In this document: piece by piece, positions 48,227-57,776 of the stretch
Layout of the letters: the number at the start of each line of letters is the position of its first letter
Numbering within the stretch: the stretch's first letter is position 1
Assembly (NCBI GenBank): GCA_963739455.1
Contig: CAVUAK010000001.1
Coordinates: 640,001 to 704,000 of the forward strand
From: an uncultured Gemmatimonadales bacterium
GTDB taxonomy: Bacteria; Gemmatimonadota; Gemmatimonadetes; Gemmatimonadales; GWC2-71-9
Reading direction: 5' to 3'
Length of the DNA: 64,000 nucleotides
Program-made: the position numbers and the translations under genes
The notes under the pieces: model-generated
Database searches by the model: none
The model's input: the letters and a program-made list of their open reading frames with translations, nothing else
Told to the model about the DNA's origin: nothing

Positions 48227-49397
48227 ATGACCACATCAATTGCCGCGGAGCCGCTGCCCGAGCTGGGCAACGACGAGATCCTCCGCTACAGCCGCCACCT
48301 GATCCTGCCCGAGTTCGGGCTCGAGGCCCAGCGCAAGCTCAAGGCATCGAGCGTGCTCGTCGTCGGGAGCCGGCGGGCTCGGCTCGCCGCTGGGCCTCTA
48401 CCTGGCTGCCGCCGGTGTCGGCCGGCTTGGCATCGTGGACTTCGACGTCGTTGATGCCACCAACCTGCAGCGGCAGATCATTCACGGTACCGCTGACGTC
48501 GGTCGCCCGAAGCTCGACTCGGCGCGCGACCGCATCCAGGGGCTTAACCCGCACGTGGATGTGCAGACCTACGAGGGGCGCTTCACGTCGGCCAACGCGC
48601 TCGAGATTGCGCGCGACTACGACCTCGTCATCGACGGCACGGACAACTTCCCGACGCGCTACCTGGTGAACGACGCGTGCGTGCTGCTGGGCAAGCCCAA
48701 CGTGTATGGCAGCATTTTCCGCTTTGAGGGGCAGGCCTCCGTGCTCGCGACGGACAGCGGGCCTTGCTATCGCTGCCTGTTCCGTGAGCCGCCACCCCCG
48801 GGCATGGTGCCGAGCTGCGCTGAAGGCGGCGTGCTCGGCGTGCTGCCAGGGCTCATTGGCGTGATCCAGGCCACGGAGGCGATCAAGCTGCTCACCGGCA
48901 TCGGCGAGCCGCTCATCGGCCGGCTGCTCCTGGTGGACGCACTGCGCATGCAGTTCCGCACGCTGAAGTTGCACCGTGACCCACTGTGCCCCGCGTGCGG
49001 CACGCGCGAGATCCAGTCGCTGATCGACTACGAGCAGTTCTGCGGGTTGAACGACGTGGACAGCAGCGTGGATGCCACCATTCCGGAGCTGACACCGAAG
49101 CAGCTCGCCGCGCGCATCGAGCGGGGCGATGACTTCGACCTGATCGACGTCCGCGAGCCGCAGGAGTGGGCGATCGCCCAGCTTCCCGGCGCGCGGCTCA
49201 TTCCGCTGGGCACACTCCCCGCGGCGCTGGGTTCGCTGGACAGCGCTCGCGAGGTGGTGATCTACTGCAAGGGTGGTGTGCGGAGCCTTCGCGCGGCGAC
49301 GCAACTGCGCGCTGCCGGGTTCCGCAAGGTGTCGAACCTCACTGGCGGCATCCTGCGCTGGAGCAGCGATGTCGACCCCAGCGTGCCGACCTACTGA
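48227..49397 (+). CDS. moeB: MoeB/MoeZ adenylyltransferase-rhodanese fusion; frameshift near 48368
   Basis: RYSRH, GAGGLG (split by the shift), [22 protein letters not shown], rhodanese CKGGVRS. Confidence 0.9.
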
Positions 49398-49489
49398 TGA
49401 CGTACCTGCCGAGCATGCCCATGCCCTGTTGTTGTGACCGTTGCATGCGACGGTCGGGGCTGGGGCATGTCCGGTGGTCACCGCCATAG
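49397..49489 (+). CDS. Cys-rich leader peptide [30 protein letters not shown]
   Basis: TGATG-coupled to moeB; TGT TGT TGT GAC CGT TGC; followed by antiterminator and terminator. Confidence 0.78.
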   Translation: MTYLPSMPMPCCCDRCMRRSGLGHVRWSPP

Positions 49490-49519
49490 CGGCGCAACGA
49501 CCAGTGCATGCATCACCCC

Positions 49520-49551
49520 GACCCACCGACACCCGGTGGGTCTCTTTTTTT
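49520..49551 (+). terminator. Attenuator terminator upstream of the sulfurtransferase
   Basis: GACCCACCG-ACACC-CGGTGGGTC then TC and T7. Confidence 0.85.
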
Positions 49552-49586
49552 CACCAAGGCCCGATTCACACTGAGGAGAATGAACG

Positions 49587-50486
49587 ATGACTGCCACTCG
49601 CCCCGCGCCAACCACCGCCACGGCCCCCATCGAGGAGCGTGGATATGCCCGCCCCGACGTGCTCGTGTCTACCACCTGGCTGGCTGACAACCTCGATGAC
49701 CCGAAGCTCCGCCTGCTGGAGAGCGATGAGGACGTGCTGCTCTATGACCTGGGGCACATTCGCGGCGCACAGAAGATCGACTGGCACGACGACCTGAATG
49801 ACCCGGTGGTTCGTGACTACATCAACGACGCGGGCTTCGAGCGCCTGCTTCGGCGGCTGGGCATCGACCAGACCACAACGGTGGTGCTCTACGGCGACCG
49901 GAACAACTGGTGGGCCACATATGCGTTCTGGGTGTTCCGGCTCTTTGGTTTTCCCGAGTCGCAGCTGCGCCTGCTCGACGGTGGGCGCGCCGCGTGGGAG
50001 GCAGAGGGCCGGCCCCTCGTCACCTCGCTCAAGTCCTTCACCGCAAGCCGGTATCGCGGTCCCAGGCGCGACGACAGCGGCATTCGCGCATTCCGGGAGG
50101 AAGTACTGGAGCATTCAGCGCGGGGCCGTCCACTGATCGACGTACGGTCGCCCGACGAGTTCACCGGCCGCAAGCTGCACCTGGTGGAGTATCCGCAGGA
50201 GGGAGTGCTGCGCGGCGGCCATGTGCCGGGGGCGAGCAACGTGCCGTGGGCGCGCGCGGCCAGCACCAACGGGACCTTCAAGGACGCTGAGACACTGCGT
50301 GACATCTACGAGGGCGAGGCCGGCCTCAGGAAGGGCGACAGTGTCATCACCTACTGCCGCATTGGCGAGCGGTCGAGCCATACCTGGTTCGTGCTGACGT
50401 ACTTGCTGGGCTATTCGAAGGTGCGGAACTACGACGGCAGCTGGACAGAGTGGGGCAACGCGGTAGGACTGCCGATCGAGAAGTAG
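49587..50486 (+). CDS. Tandem-domain rhodanese/thiosulfate sulfurtransferase (CysA2/SseA-like)
   Basis: [40 protein letters not shown]. Confidence 0.93.
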   Translation: MTATRPAPTTATAPIEERGYARPDVLVSTTWLADNLDDPKLRLLESDEDVLLYDLGHIRGAQKIDWHDDLNDPVVRDYINDAGFERLLRRLGIDQTTTVVLYGDRNNWWATYAFWVFRLFGFPESQLRLLDGGRAAWEAEGRPLVTSLKSFTASRYRGPRRDDSGIRAFREEVLEHSARGRPLIDVRSPDEFTGRKLHLVEYPQEGVLRGGHVPGASNVPWARAASTNGTFKDAETLRDIYEGEAGLRKGDSVITYCRIGERSSHTWFVLTYLLGYSKVRNYDGSWTEWGNAVGLPIEK

Positions 50487-50549
50487 GCCCATGCATCACG
50501 CCCACCAGGGGCCCGAGAGAGGAATCCCCTGGTGGAAGCGCAATGCGAG

Positions 50550-51026
50550 CTACTTGTTGAAGACCGCCGAGAACTTCTGGGCCGCGTCCGGACCGGACTT
50601 CGCGCTCACGATGTCGGTCATCGCGGGCACCATCTTCTGGAACTGGTCCTGCGAAACCCCGGCGTTCTTCAGCGAGCCCGACAGGCTCGTCAGCCCCACC
50701 ATCTCGCTGGGCATGCCCAGCTTGGAGCCTTGCCTGATGAGGTTGTCGCTTCCGGGAAAGGCGCTTGCCACCTGCCTGAAATCGGCTGGTTGCATTTGGC
50801 TCTGCGCATAGAAGAGTATGCCGCCCATGGCGTTGGCAGTCTGCAGCTGGGTCAGTTCCGGCACGGACTTCTGCACCTGGCTGACCACCTCGTTGGAGGC
50901 GCCGAGCGGATTCGGCAGGGGCTCCGTGCCGGCCGATGACTGGGGGTGGCTGCACGCTCCCACCACGGCCACGCACGCGAGTGTCGAACCGAAGACCCTG
51001 ACCGACTTCATTGCAAGCGATACCAT
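50550..51026 (-). CDS. DUF2780-like lipoprotein, copy 1
   Basis: Lipobox VGAC; MGGILFYAQ..MQPADF....AFPGSD. Confidence 0.6.
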   Translation of the reverse strand: MVSLAMKSVRVFGSTLACVAVVGACSHPQSSAGTEPLPNPLGASNEVVSQVQKSVPELTQLQTANAMGGILFYAQSQMQPADFRQVASAFPGSDNLIRQGSKLGMPSEMVGLTSLSGSLKNAGVSQDQFQKMVPAMTDIVSAKSGPDAAQKFSAVFNK

Positions 51027-51166
51027 ACGAACCTCCGTTGATGGCGTAAGCAGGCTCAGTGAAGCCGTCGGGCTACACTGGCACCTGTACCTTCGCATCA
51101 TACGGTCGGCAGGAAGGTCCCACTAGGGAGGGTCGAACGGCCTATGCCTGGTCGGGCGCGCCTCGC

Positions 51167-51190
51167 GCCGCCAGGGGAGCCCCTGGCGGC
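51167..51190. terminator. Perfect palindrome between the two lipoprotein genes
   Basis: GCCGCCAGGGG-AG-CCCCTGGCGGC. Confidence 0.45.
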
Positions 51191-51201
51191 ACGGGTTGGG
51201 C

Positions 51202-51693
51202 CTAGCTCCTGAACACCGCCGCGAACTTGTCGGCGACCTCAGCTCCCTCCTTCTCCTTCACGACCTCTGTCATGGCGGGAACGAGCTGGTTGAACTGATC
51301 CCGGGAAATCCCGATGTTCTTGAGCGAGCCCGACAAGCTCGTGAGCCCATACATCTCGCTGGGCATGCCGAGCCTGGTGCCTTGATTGATCATCGCATCA
51401 CTTCCCGGAAACGAGTTCTTCACCTTCCTGAAATCGGCCGGCTGCATCGAACGCTGTGCATAGTACAGGATGCCGCCCATGCCCTGTGCTATCTGCGTCG
51501 GGGTCAGCCCGGGCACCGCACCCTGAACCTCGTTGACCACCGGCGCGGAGGAATGGAGCGGGTACTGCAGCGCAGCAGGCGCGCCGGGCGCCTGCGTGGC
51601 GCCATTCCCACTACAGGCAGCCGCGAGCGCGAGCACCGCGCATGCGAGGGTGGAGCCGACAAACCTCCCTGGTCGAGCCGCAATCATTGCCAT
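51202..51693 (-). CDS. DUF2780-like lipoprotein, copy 2
   Basis: Lipobox AAAC; clearly homologous to copy 1. Confidence 0.6.
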   Translation of the reverse strand: MAMIAARPGRFVGSTLACAVLALAAACSGNGATQAPGAPAALQYPLHSSAPVVNEVQGAVPGLTPTQIAQGMGGILYYAQRSMQPADFRKVKNSFPGSDAMINQGTRLGMPSEMYGLTSLSGSLKNIGISRDQFNQLVPAMTEVVKEKEGAEVADKFAAVFRS

Positions 51694-51784
51694 GGACCCT
51701 CCGCGGACAGCGTGGGCGGAAGCAGCGCACCTGGCGGTGCTATGGAACCTGTCTTCCCACTACGAACTGGATCGCGGCAGAGTG

Positions 51785-52255
51785 TCAGGCGGCGAGCGGC
51801 AACCTTGCGGACTGTTCGGGAAGGGGCGCGCGGGGCGCGGTCCGTCGCCAGTCGAGCCAGGCGAGGATGAGGCAGGCGGTGATCGACACCGTGGAGACGA
51901 AGCACCAGGGGCAGAAAACCTTGAGCACCACCCACTCGCCGTACTTGAGGCGCAGGGTGAAGAGGAAGGCGGGAATGATCAGCACCAGCAAGGCGCCACT
52001 CATGCGGCGCGCGTTGATGTTCGGTGGCTGGATGCCCACCAGTGCCACGACCAGCAGGACGGCATAGAACACGGCGCCGATGAGTGCCACATCGACGCCG
52101 AGGAAGGAGCCATACTGGCTGAACTGGGCCGTTTCGCAGCCGCCGCTCGCCGTACACACCAGGGTGCCCACGCGCCCCGTCTTCCAGAGGTGCAGGTAGG
52201 TGGCCACCAGCGTATTGACGAGCGCCAGGAGCGCGATCGTCATGCGGTATATCAC
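51785..52255 (-). CDS. Vitamin K epoxide reductase (VKOR) family protein
   Basis: Loop C-x5-C (CTASGGC), S.Y..FLG, active-site CPWC, 4 TMs. Confidence 0.88.
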   Translation of the reverse strand: MIYRMTIALLALVNTLVATYLHLWKTGRVGTLVCTASGGCETAQFSQYGSFLGVDVALIGAVFYAVLLVVALVGIQPPNINARRMSGALLVLIIPAFLFTLRLKYGEWVVLKVFCPWCFVSTVSITACLILAWLDWRRTAPRAPLPEQSARLPLAA

Positions 52256-52257
52256 GG

Positions 52258-54750
52258 TCAGCCCACGACCAGGTTGAGGAGCCGGTTCGGCACGTACACA
52301 ATTTTCTGCAGTGACTTGCCCTCAAGGAACTTGGCGATCTGCGGTTCCGCGCGAGCCGCGGCGACAACAACGTCCTGGGTCGCGTTGCGCTCAACCGTGA
52401 CCCGACCGCGGGTCTTGCCGCCCACCTGTACCGCGACCTCGGCGGTGTCGTCCACCAGCATGGTGGGATCGAACCCGGGCCAGCGCGCATCGAACACCGA
52501 CGTGCCGTGTCCCAGCCGCTCCCAGCACTCCTCGGCGAAGTGGGGCGCGAACGGGGCAAGCATGACCACGAACTCCTCGACCATCTCATGCTCGCAACTG
52601 CCGCTCTCGCGGATGGTGTTCAGCATCTCCATCATCGCGGCGATGGCGGTGTTGTAGCTCAGCGTCTCGAGGTCATCGGTGACCTTCCTCTTGGTGCGGT
52701 GCCACTTGGCCAGCACCGGGCGCAGCAGTTCCCCGCCCCGTTCGCCCTCCGCCAGGCTTTCGCCGACCAGGTGCCACACCTTGTCGAGGAAGCGCCGGAT
52801 GCCATTGATGCCGGCGTCGCGGAAATCGCCGCCTTCCTGGAAGGGGCCCAGGAACATGAGGTACATCCGGAAGCTGTCGGCACCCCAGCGGTCGATGTAC
52901 TGGTCGGGGATCACCACGTTCCCCTTCGACTTCGACATCTTCGCGCCGTCCTTCACGATCAGCCCGTGCGCGCGGAACTTCCGGAATGGCTCCTCGAAAT
53001 CGAGGTGTCCGAGTTCGTTCAGCACCATCGCGAGGAAGCGCGAGTACAGCAGGTGCAGCACCGCGTGCTCGTTGCCACCGATGTAGGTGGTGACGGGGCA
53101 CCACTTCGCGGTGCGCCCCTTGTCGAACGGGCGGTCATCGAACTCACTGCTCGGGTAGCGCAGGTAGTACCACGCCGAGTCGAGGAAGGTGTCGGAGACG
53201 TCGGTTTCACGCCGGGCGCGCTTGCCGCACGTGGGGCAAGGGACGAAGTACCACTCCTCGTGCCGCGCGAGCGGCGATATGCCGGTGTCATCGGGACGGA
53301 AGTCATCGATGGCGGGCAGGACCACGGGCAGGTCCTTCTCGGGCACCGGCACGGCACCGCAGTCATCGCAGTAGATGATGGGGATCGGCGGCCCCCAGTA
53401 GCGCTGGCGCGAGATGCACCAGTCGTACAGCCGGTACTGCACCCGCAGCTTCCCGAGGCCGCGCTGCTCGAGCCACTCGGTGATGGCGCGCTTCGCCTGT
53501 TCCGGGGGCATGCCGTCGAACTCCCCCGAGTTGACGAGCTGTGCACCAGCGGTCTCGACATAGGCCTGCTCGAGCGGGGCCGACGCGTCATCACCCGGCG
53601 CCGCGATGACGCGCTCGATATCGAGGTCGTATTTCGTCGCGAACTCGAAGTCACGCTCGTCGTGGGCCGGCACCGCCATGATGGCGCCGGTGCCGTAATC
53701 CATGAGGACGTAGTCGGCGATCCAGATGGGGATGCGCTGGCCGGACGCGGGGTTCTCGGCGTACGTGCCGGTGAAGACGCCGGTCTTCTCCTTCTCGCCC
53801 ACCTTGCGGGCAACGAGATCCTTGGCCGCGGCGGCCTTCCGATAGGCGTCGACTGCCTTCTTCTGGTCACCCGTCGTCAGCTGCTCCACCAGCGGATGCT
53901 CCGGAGCGAGCACCAGGAACGTGGCGCCGAACACGGTGTCGGGCCGCGTGGTGAAGACGGTGATGTTCTCCTCCGGCGCCCAGTCCACCTCGAAGGTCAG
54001 CTCAGCGCCTTCCGAGCGGCCGATCCAGTTCCGCTGCGCCTGGGTAGTGGTATCCGACCAGTCCATCTTCGACTTGTCATCGAGGTTGGCGAGCAGGCGG
54101 CCGGCGTAGTCGGTGATGCGGAAGAACCACTGCTCGAGGAAGCGCTGCTCCACGGCAGCACCGCAGCGCTCGCAATGACCGTTGACGACCTGCTCGTTGG
54201 CCAGCACGGTCTTGTCATTGGGACACCAGTTGACCGCCGCCTTCTTCTTGTAGGCCTTGCCGGCCTTGAAGAGCTGGAGGAACAGCCACTGGGTCCACTT
54301 GTAGTACGAGGGGTCGGTGGTGGAGAGTTCGTGGCGCCAGTCGAACATCCCGCCCACGCGCGTCAGCTGCCGCCGGAAGTTCGCGATGTTGCGCGGTATG
54401 AGATCGGCGGGGTTGATGCCCAGCTTGATCGCGTAGTTCTCGCTGTGGATGCCGAAGGCGTCATAGCCGATGGGCTCGAAGACATCGAACCCGCGCAGGC
54501 GCTGGAAACGCCCGAAGACGTCACTGCCGGTAAAGGCGAACATGTTCCCGACGTGCAGGCCTTCGGCCGACGGATAGGGGAACATCATGAGGTTGTAGAA
54601 GGGCCGCCTCGCGCCGTCGAGATCCGGCTCGTTGGTGTGCCGCTCAACCCAGCGCGCCTGCCACTTGGCCTCGACGAGGTCGGGGCGGTAGCCGTCGCTG
54701 CCTTCGGGATGGATCGCGGCGGAGGGGGAAATGCTGTCGCTGGGGTTCAT
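52258..54750 (-). CDS. leuS: Leucine--tRNA ligase
   Basis: MFPYPS..LHVGN, FTTRPDT, GTGAIMAVPAHD, KMSKS. Confidence 0.97.
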   Translation of the reverse strand: MNPSDSISPSAAIHPEGSDGYRPDLVEAKWQARWVERHTNEPDLDGARRPFYNLMMFPYPSAEGLHVGNMFAFTGSDVFGRFQRLRGFDVFEPIGYDAFGIHSENYAIKLGINPADLIPRNIANFRRQLTRVGGMFDWRHELSTTDPSYYKWTQWLFLQLFKAGKAYKKKAAVNWCPNDKTVLANEQVVNGHCERCGAAVEQRFLEQWFFRITDYAGRLLANLDDKSKMDWSDTTTQAQRNWIGRSEGAELTFEVDWAPEENITVFTTRPDTVFGATFLVLAPEHPLVEQLTTGDQKKAVDAYRKAAAAKDLVARKVGEKEKTGVFTGTYAENPASGQRIPIWIADYVLMDYGTGAIMAVPAHDERDFEFATKYDLDIERVIAAPGDDASAPLEQAYVETAGAQLVNSGEFDGMPPEQAKRAITEWLEQRGLGKLRVQYRLYDWCISRQRYWGPPIPIIYCDDCGAVPVPEKDLPVVLPAIDDFRPDDTGISPLARHEEWYFVPCPTCGKRARRETDVSDTFLDSAWYYLRYPSSEFDDRPFDKGRTAKWCPVTTYIGGNEHAVLHLLYSRFLAMVLNELGHLDFEEPFRKFRAHGLIVKDGAKMSKSKGNVVIPDQYIDRWGADSFRMYLMFLGPFQEGGDFRDAGINGIRRFLDKVWHLVGESLAEGERGGELLRPVLAKWHRTKRKVTDDLETLSYNTAIAAMMEMLNTIRESGSCEHEMVEEFVVMLAPFAPHFAEECWERLGHGTSVFDARWPGFDPTMLVDDTAEVAVQVGGKTRGRVTVERNATQDVVVAAARAEPQIAKFLEGKSLQKIVYVPNRLLNLVVG

Positions 54751-54915
54751 AGGACCCGCAAATCTAGGGGCCGTAGGAGGTTGGCGCCAACCGCCCGGAC
54801 CGCACCCCCTGTGCGTAACGACAGCGGCGGATCAGGTCAAGCGGTCTTGCGGTGATCGGATGCGCGCGGTACATCATCATGTTCCTGCAACTGATCATCC
54901 TGGAAAGAGCATGAC

Positions 54916-55548
54916 ATGAGCACTCGCAGCACTCGAAATACTCCACGACCCAAGCGCGCACCGCGGTCCAAGGCCCCCGAGCCCACGCCGGTGCCCGTTC
55001 CTGCGCCAGCGCCGGCAAAGCCCCCGTACGCCCGGGGCAATCCGCTGACCCATTCCGTGACCTTCATCGACATGAGCGGCACCTGCTGGCTGGTCTATGT
55101 CGAGCCGGCACCGCCCGAACCGGCGCTGTGGCCGAATGCGGCCGTAATCCCCGGCCGACGACTCCGCTTCGACTCGGTGGACCGGTCCGTCACGGTATCG
55201 CCGTTTCCGGCAGGAGCACCGTTCCTGCAGGAGCGCACGCTCCAGATCCTGCTGGACCAGTCCCAGCCCCGGACAATCGTGGCTGCGAGCACGACGGTGT
55301 CCACGCCGGCCGAGCGGGCCCCGGCACCGGTGGCCCCCGCGCGACCGGTGGCAACGGCGCCGCGCCGGACCCTTACTCCCAGGGCCATTGCGCCGGTAGA
55401 ACCGCCCGCGGAGCCGATGCGCGACCAGCTGGCGAGCGTGGTCAGCTCCCGGAGCGGAGTCACCTACCAGTTTTCCCGGCTGGTGCAGCCATTTGCCCTG
55501 GTGCTCATGGTGATCAAGGACATGATCCTCCCAAGGGGCCGGGGCTGA
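54916..55548 (+). CDS. Pro-rich hypothetical protein
   Basis: FIDMSGTCWLVY...LRFDS small domain, C-terminal hydrophobic segment. Confidence 0.55.
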   Translation: MSTRSTRNTPRPKRAPRSKAPEPTPVPVPAPAPAKPPYARGNPLTHSVTFIDMSGTCWLVYVEPAPPEPALWPNAAVIPGRRLRFDSVDRSVTVSPFPAGAPFLQERTLQILLDQSQPRTIVAASTTVSTPAERAPAPVAPARPVATAPRRTLTPRAIAPVEPPAEPMRDQLASVVSSRSGVTYQFSRLVQPFALVLMVIKDMILPRGRG

Positions 55549-55572
55549 CGCCGGTCGCCCTCAGGTAGGCCA

Positions 55573-56400
55573 GTGCACCTGCCCCGCTGGCTTCGTTTCA
55601 TCCTGATCGCCATCGCGACCACTGTCGCGGTGGCGATCATTGTTGTGTACGGCGGCTCGGAGTACATGCTCCGCCAGCGGCATCCCCTCGCCGGCAAGGC
55701 GGTTCCCCTCCCGACCGACTCGGCGTCCCTGGCCGTGGGCCAGCACCTCGTGACCCTGCGCGGGTGCCTCGGTTGTCATGGGCACCGTGGCGAGGGCGAG
55801 ATCTTCTTCAGCGAGCCGAAGATCGCGACGCTGGTGGCCCCGAACCTTACCCGCGCCTTCGCGACGTACAGCGACACCGAGCTCGATGGCATCATTCGCC
55901 ACGGGATCCGCCCCAACGGCCGGACCCTGCTGGGCATGCCGAGCGTGGCCTTTGCGCGGCTGCGCGATGATGACCTCGCGCACATGCTGGCCTTCCTCCA
56001 CGGCCTGCCACCGGTTGACGGACCTGGCCCGGAGATCTCCGTAGGTCCACTGGGACGACTTGGCCTGCTCACCGGCCAGTTCAGCGTGAGCACGAAGCTG
56101 GTGGCGGAGGTAGCGAACACGCCGCCGGTGGCGGACTCGGTTGCCGAGGGGAGCTACCTCGCGCGCACCATCTGCACGGAGTGCCACGGCCCGAACCTCG
56201 AGGGTGACCCCGGGTTCAGCGTTCCGCCACTGGCCATTGCGGCGACCTACAGCTGGCCCGAGTTCGAGACCTTGATGCGCACCGGGAAGGCGCGAGGCAA
56301 CCGCGAACTCCAGCTCATGTCCGAGGTGGCGAGGGGACGCTTCTCCCAGTTCACGCCGGAGGAAATGCAGGCGCTCTACGCCTACCTGAAGACGCTCTGA
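55573..56400 (+). CDS. Membrane-anchored diheme cytochrome c
   Basis: CLGCH and CTECH, APNLT, MP distal ligand. Confidence 0.9.
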   Translation: MHLPRWLRFILIAIATTVAVAIIVVYGGSEYMLRQRHPLAGKAVPLPTDSASLAVGQHLVTLRGCLGCHGHRGEGEIFFSEPKIATLVAPNLTRAFATYSDTELDGIIRHGIRPNGRTLLGMPSVAFARLRDDDLAHMLAFLHGLPPVDGPGPEISVGPLGRLGLLTGQFSVSTKLVAEVANTPPVADSVAEGSYLARTICTECHGPNLEGDPGFSVPPLAIAATYSWPEFETLMRTGKARGNRELQLMSEVARGRFSQFTPEEMQALYAYLKTL

Positions 56401-56482
56401 ACGGGAGACGTTGCGCCTGCCGTCCCCCGTGTCCCGCGAGTAGCTTCCCCTGCACCTCATTCCGGACCCCAGACACCAGACC

Positions 56483-57775
56483 ATGGCAGACTCACGCCAC
56501 AGCTTCACCCGCAACCTCTACGTAGCCGCCTTCACGGGTGCCGGGCTCGTCGTGGTGCTGCACCTGGTCGCGACCTTCCTCCTCTTACGCGCGGTTGGGG
56601 TGACCCTCAACCCCCGGACGCTGGTGACGGGGCTCCTGCTCGTGGCGGGCGGCGCCAGCATCATCACTTGGCTCCTCGTGCGCCGGTTCATCAACGACGT
56701 GCTCAAGCCGGCCGGCCGTGCGGCCGCAATTGCCCAGCGGGTGTCACAGGGTGACCTGCGCTCGATCAGTGAGTCGGAATCGCGCAGTGACGGCAAGGAC
56801 ATGCTGACCCAGAGCATCTTCGCGATGGTGCGACAGCTCCGCGTCCTGGTGGAGACGATCCATGGCACCGCAGCCGAGGCGGCGGCGATGGCGCAGGAGA
56901 TCGCGGCCTCCACCGAGGAAATGACGGCGTCCACCCAGGAGGTGGCCGGCACGACGGGCGATCTCACCGAGCGGGCGGCGCAACAGGCCATCATCGTCCG
57001 CGCGGCTGCCGACGACGCGAGCAAGATCCTCGAGATCGCCAAGGTACTTGCCAGCGGGGCCGGTGAGGCCGCAACACGCAACGCGGCCCTCGCCGTGGCG
57101 GCGCGCTCGCACCGGGACCGGCTGGATACCAGCACCGCGGAGCTGGCGCGACTCGCCGACGAAGTGGACAAGGGATCGGCTGAGGCCGATGCCCTGGCGC
57201 TCGCGTCGAGCGAGATCAGCAAGTTCGTCACCCAGACCAAGGCAATCGCCAAGCAGACCCACATGCTGGCCCTCAACGCGTCGATCGAGGCGGCCCGCGC
57301 GGGTGACGAGGGCAAGGGATTCAGCGTCGTCGCCGAGGAAGTGCGGAAGCTCGCGGCGCAGGCGGCGCAAGCCGCCACCAGCACGAGCGATACGGTGCAG
57401 ATGGTACTGGAGCGGGTGCAGACGGCTCGCGAGCGGTTGCTGCGCCTCGGGCGCGGCGGCATGGCGGCGCGTGATGCGGCGCATGCTGCCGCGGAAGGCC
57501 TCATCAACGTCGCCAATGATGCCGATGCCAACGACCAGTGGACGCGGGGCATCTCGACCTCGGCCGACCAGGTTCGTGGGTTGATCGAGCAGATCGCCGG
57601 GCGGATGAAGGAGGTTTCGGCAGGGACGGAAGACTACGCGGCAGCGGCAGAAGAGATTGCCGCCGCCGCCCAGCAACTCAACGCTTCCACCGAGGAGATC
57701 TCTTCCTCGGCCAATACCCTGGCGGGCGCGGCCGAGAAGCTGACCAAGGCCACGGGTGGAATCCGGCTGACGTAG
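56483..57775 (+). CDS. Methyl-accepting chemotaxis protein
   Basis: 2 TMs, [39 protein letters not shown]. Confidence 0.92.
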   Translation: MADSRHSFTRNLYVAAFTGAGLVVVLHLVATFLLLRAVGVTLNPRTLVTGLLLVAGGASIITWLLVRRFINDVLKPAGRAAAIAQRVSQGDLRSISESESRSDGKDMLTQSIFAMVRQLRVLVETIHGTAAEAAAMAQEIAASTEEMTASTQEVAGTTGDLTERAAQQAIIVRAAADDASKILEIAKVLASGAGEAATRNAALAVAARSHRDRLDTSTAELARLADEVDKGSAEADALALASSEISKFVTQTKAIAKQTHMLALNASIEAARAGDEGKGFSVVAEEVRKLAAQAAQAATSTSDTVQMVLERVQTARERLLRLGRGGMAARDAAHAAAEGLINVANDADANDQWTRGISTSADQVRGLIEQIAGRMKEVSAGTEDYAAAAEEIAAAAQQLNASTEEISSSANTLAGAAEKLTKATGGIRLT

Positions 57776-57776
57776 C

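Noticed and set aside
46670..49397. Molybdopterin or thiamine biosynthesis cluster
   Set aside because: No moaE/moaA or thiG nearby; the SAM riboswitch and PLP enzyme point to sulfur amino acid synthesis.
52507..54855. Long antisense ORFs (782 aa opposite leuS, 544 aa opposite polX, 531 aa opposite pheA-aroF, and others)
   Set aside because: Shadow ORFs expected from high-GC codon bias; no motifs.
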